Shown here piece by piece: positions 63,351-64,000 of a stretch of 64,000 bases of DNA. Every line of letters starts with the position of its first letter. The first letter of the stretch is position 1. The notes beneath the pieces were generated by a model that was not told the origin of the DNA, did no database searches, and was given only the letters and a program-made list of their open reading frames with translations. Source of the stretch: a virus (Duplodnaviria > Heunggongvirae > Uroviricota > Caudoviricetes); IMG/VR virus record IMGVR_UViG_3300036828_000615, positions 1 to 64,000 of that record. The stretch is one strand, 5' to 3'. A program made the position numbers and the translations under genes.

Positions 63351-63778
63351 GTAATCCGCCTCAGCTTGACCAGCCCGCCCGACCATTCCAGCAGGTCCGG
63401 CCACGGTCCGGTGCGTTCATCGGACGGGTCGCCGTCCACCCAGAAGGCCACCCCGGACTCGGGCACCCAGTTACCCAGCGTGTCCAGCTCCGGAGCGAGA
63501 ATCACCTGGTCGGACGCCTTGTAGACGGTAGGGTCGTTGCACGCCATGTGCAGGATCGACTCGATGCGCTCGGCGAACTCGGGGCCCATGATCTCGCGGC
63601 TCGATCCGCGCCGGCCGAACTGGGTGATCGAGTACACCCAGCGCACCACCGGCGGGTCCTCCTGCACCAGCGGGTTGTTGCCGTGCTCGTCCTCGGTGGC
63701 GAGGTCCAGATACCGGGCGATGTGCACCACCGGCCACGGCGACGGGATCAGCCCGGCGTCGAAAAGACTCGCCGACAC
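63347..63778 (-). CDS. hypothetical structural-module protein (143 aa)
   Basis: GTG start. The tandem genes are translationally coupled. Confidence 0.55.
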   Translation of the reverse strand: MSASLFDAGLIPSPWPVVHIARYLDLATEDEHGNNPLVQEDPPVVRWVYSITQFGRRGSSREIMGPEFAERIESILHMACNDPTVYKASDQVILAPELDTLGNWVPESGVAFWVDGDPSDERTGPWPDLLEWSGGLVKLRRIT

Positions 63779-63779
63779 G

Positions 63780-63869
63780 TCATGGCCTCCGCCAGAACGG
63801 CATCAGCGTCAGCAGCAGGATGATGACCAGCAACACGGTGTTGATGATGATCAGGGTGTGATCGTCCAT
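63780..63869 (-). CDS. 29-aa hydrophobic peptide
   Basis: RBS ataggaggggtcctctgATG. Product MDDHTLIIINTVLLVIILLLTLMPFWRRP. Confidence 0.4.
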   Translation of the reverse strand: MDDHTLIIINTVLLVIILLLTLMPFWRRP

Positions 63870-64000
63870 CAGAGGACCCCTCCTATCCGGAAGTTGGCGA
63901 GGCGGTTCTTCTGCTCGTCGTTCAGGGAGAGGCCGAAACACTGCCCGGGCGCCAGCCGGAACCCGGGGGTGGCGATCTCCTTGATGTTGCCCGCGCGCAT
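63866..64000 (-). CDS. partial ORF (its 5' end is at or beyond the window edge)
   Basis: Open frame ending in TGATG overlap with the peptide gene. The window ends at a possible ATG. Confidence 0.35.

Noticed and set aside
1-64000. Integrase, immunity repressor, attP, rRNA or CRISPR features
   Set aside because: No tyrosine- or serine-recombinase motifs, no rRNA-like conserved stretches and no repeat-spacer arrays were seen. The absence of lysogeny functions cannot be established from this window alone.

Overview
This 64-kb window is a high-GC (about 65%) segment of an actinobacteriophage (siphovirus-like) genome, tightly packed with genes, many coupled by ATGA/GTGA/TGATG overlaps.

Layout:
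- 1-5.5 kb (+ strand): small early-type genes, several Cys-rich, plus three HNH nucleases.
- 5.5-8.7 kb (- strand): sigma-r4-like HTH protein, HNH-AP2 endonuclease, and a Ro60/Rsr orthologue (TROVE+vWA). Directly upstream of the Ro60/Rsr gene lies an array of six Y-RNA-like ncRNAs, two of which carry tRNA-like modules.
- 8.8-23.8 kb (+ strand): DNA metabolism genes - HNH-SF2 helicase fusion, PD-(D/E)XK exonuclease, putative annealing protein, replication-initiator-like gene with internal 11-bp iterons, an SPFH protein, and many small ORFs.
- 23.8-28.5 kb (- strand): lysis island - an 822-aa fused GH19 + C39-peptidase + cutinase-like (LysA+LysB) endolysin, a holin-like protein and a secreted Gly/Pro-rich protein.
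- 28.6-34.7 kb (+ strand): tail-fibre-type genes (collagen-like GPP repeats, duplicated lectin-like domains), followed by a SAM-methyltransferase and a glycosyltransferase.
- 34.7-64 kb (- strand): structural module, read from the right-hand end of the window leftwards - head-tail connector genes, major tail protein, frameshifted G/T chaperones, a 2713-aa tape measure protein with SLT-like and His-rich motifs, minor tail proteins, a 2273-aa tail protein with about 23 tandem 26-aa repeats, and a second glycosyltransferase.

Eleven HNH-type nuclease genes are scattered throughout, several of them interrupting functional modules. No integrase, repressor, rRNA, canonical tRNA or CRISPR array was found.
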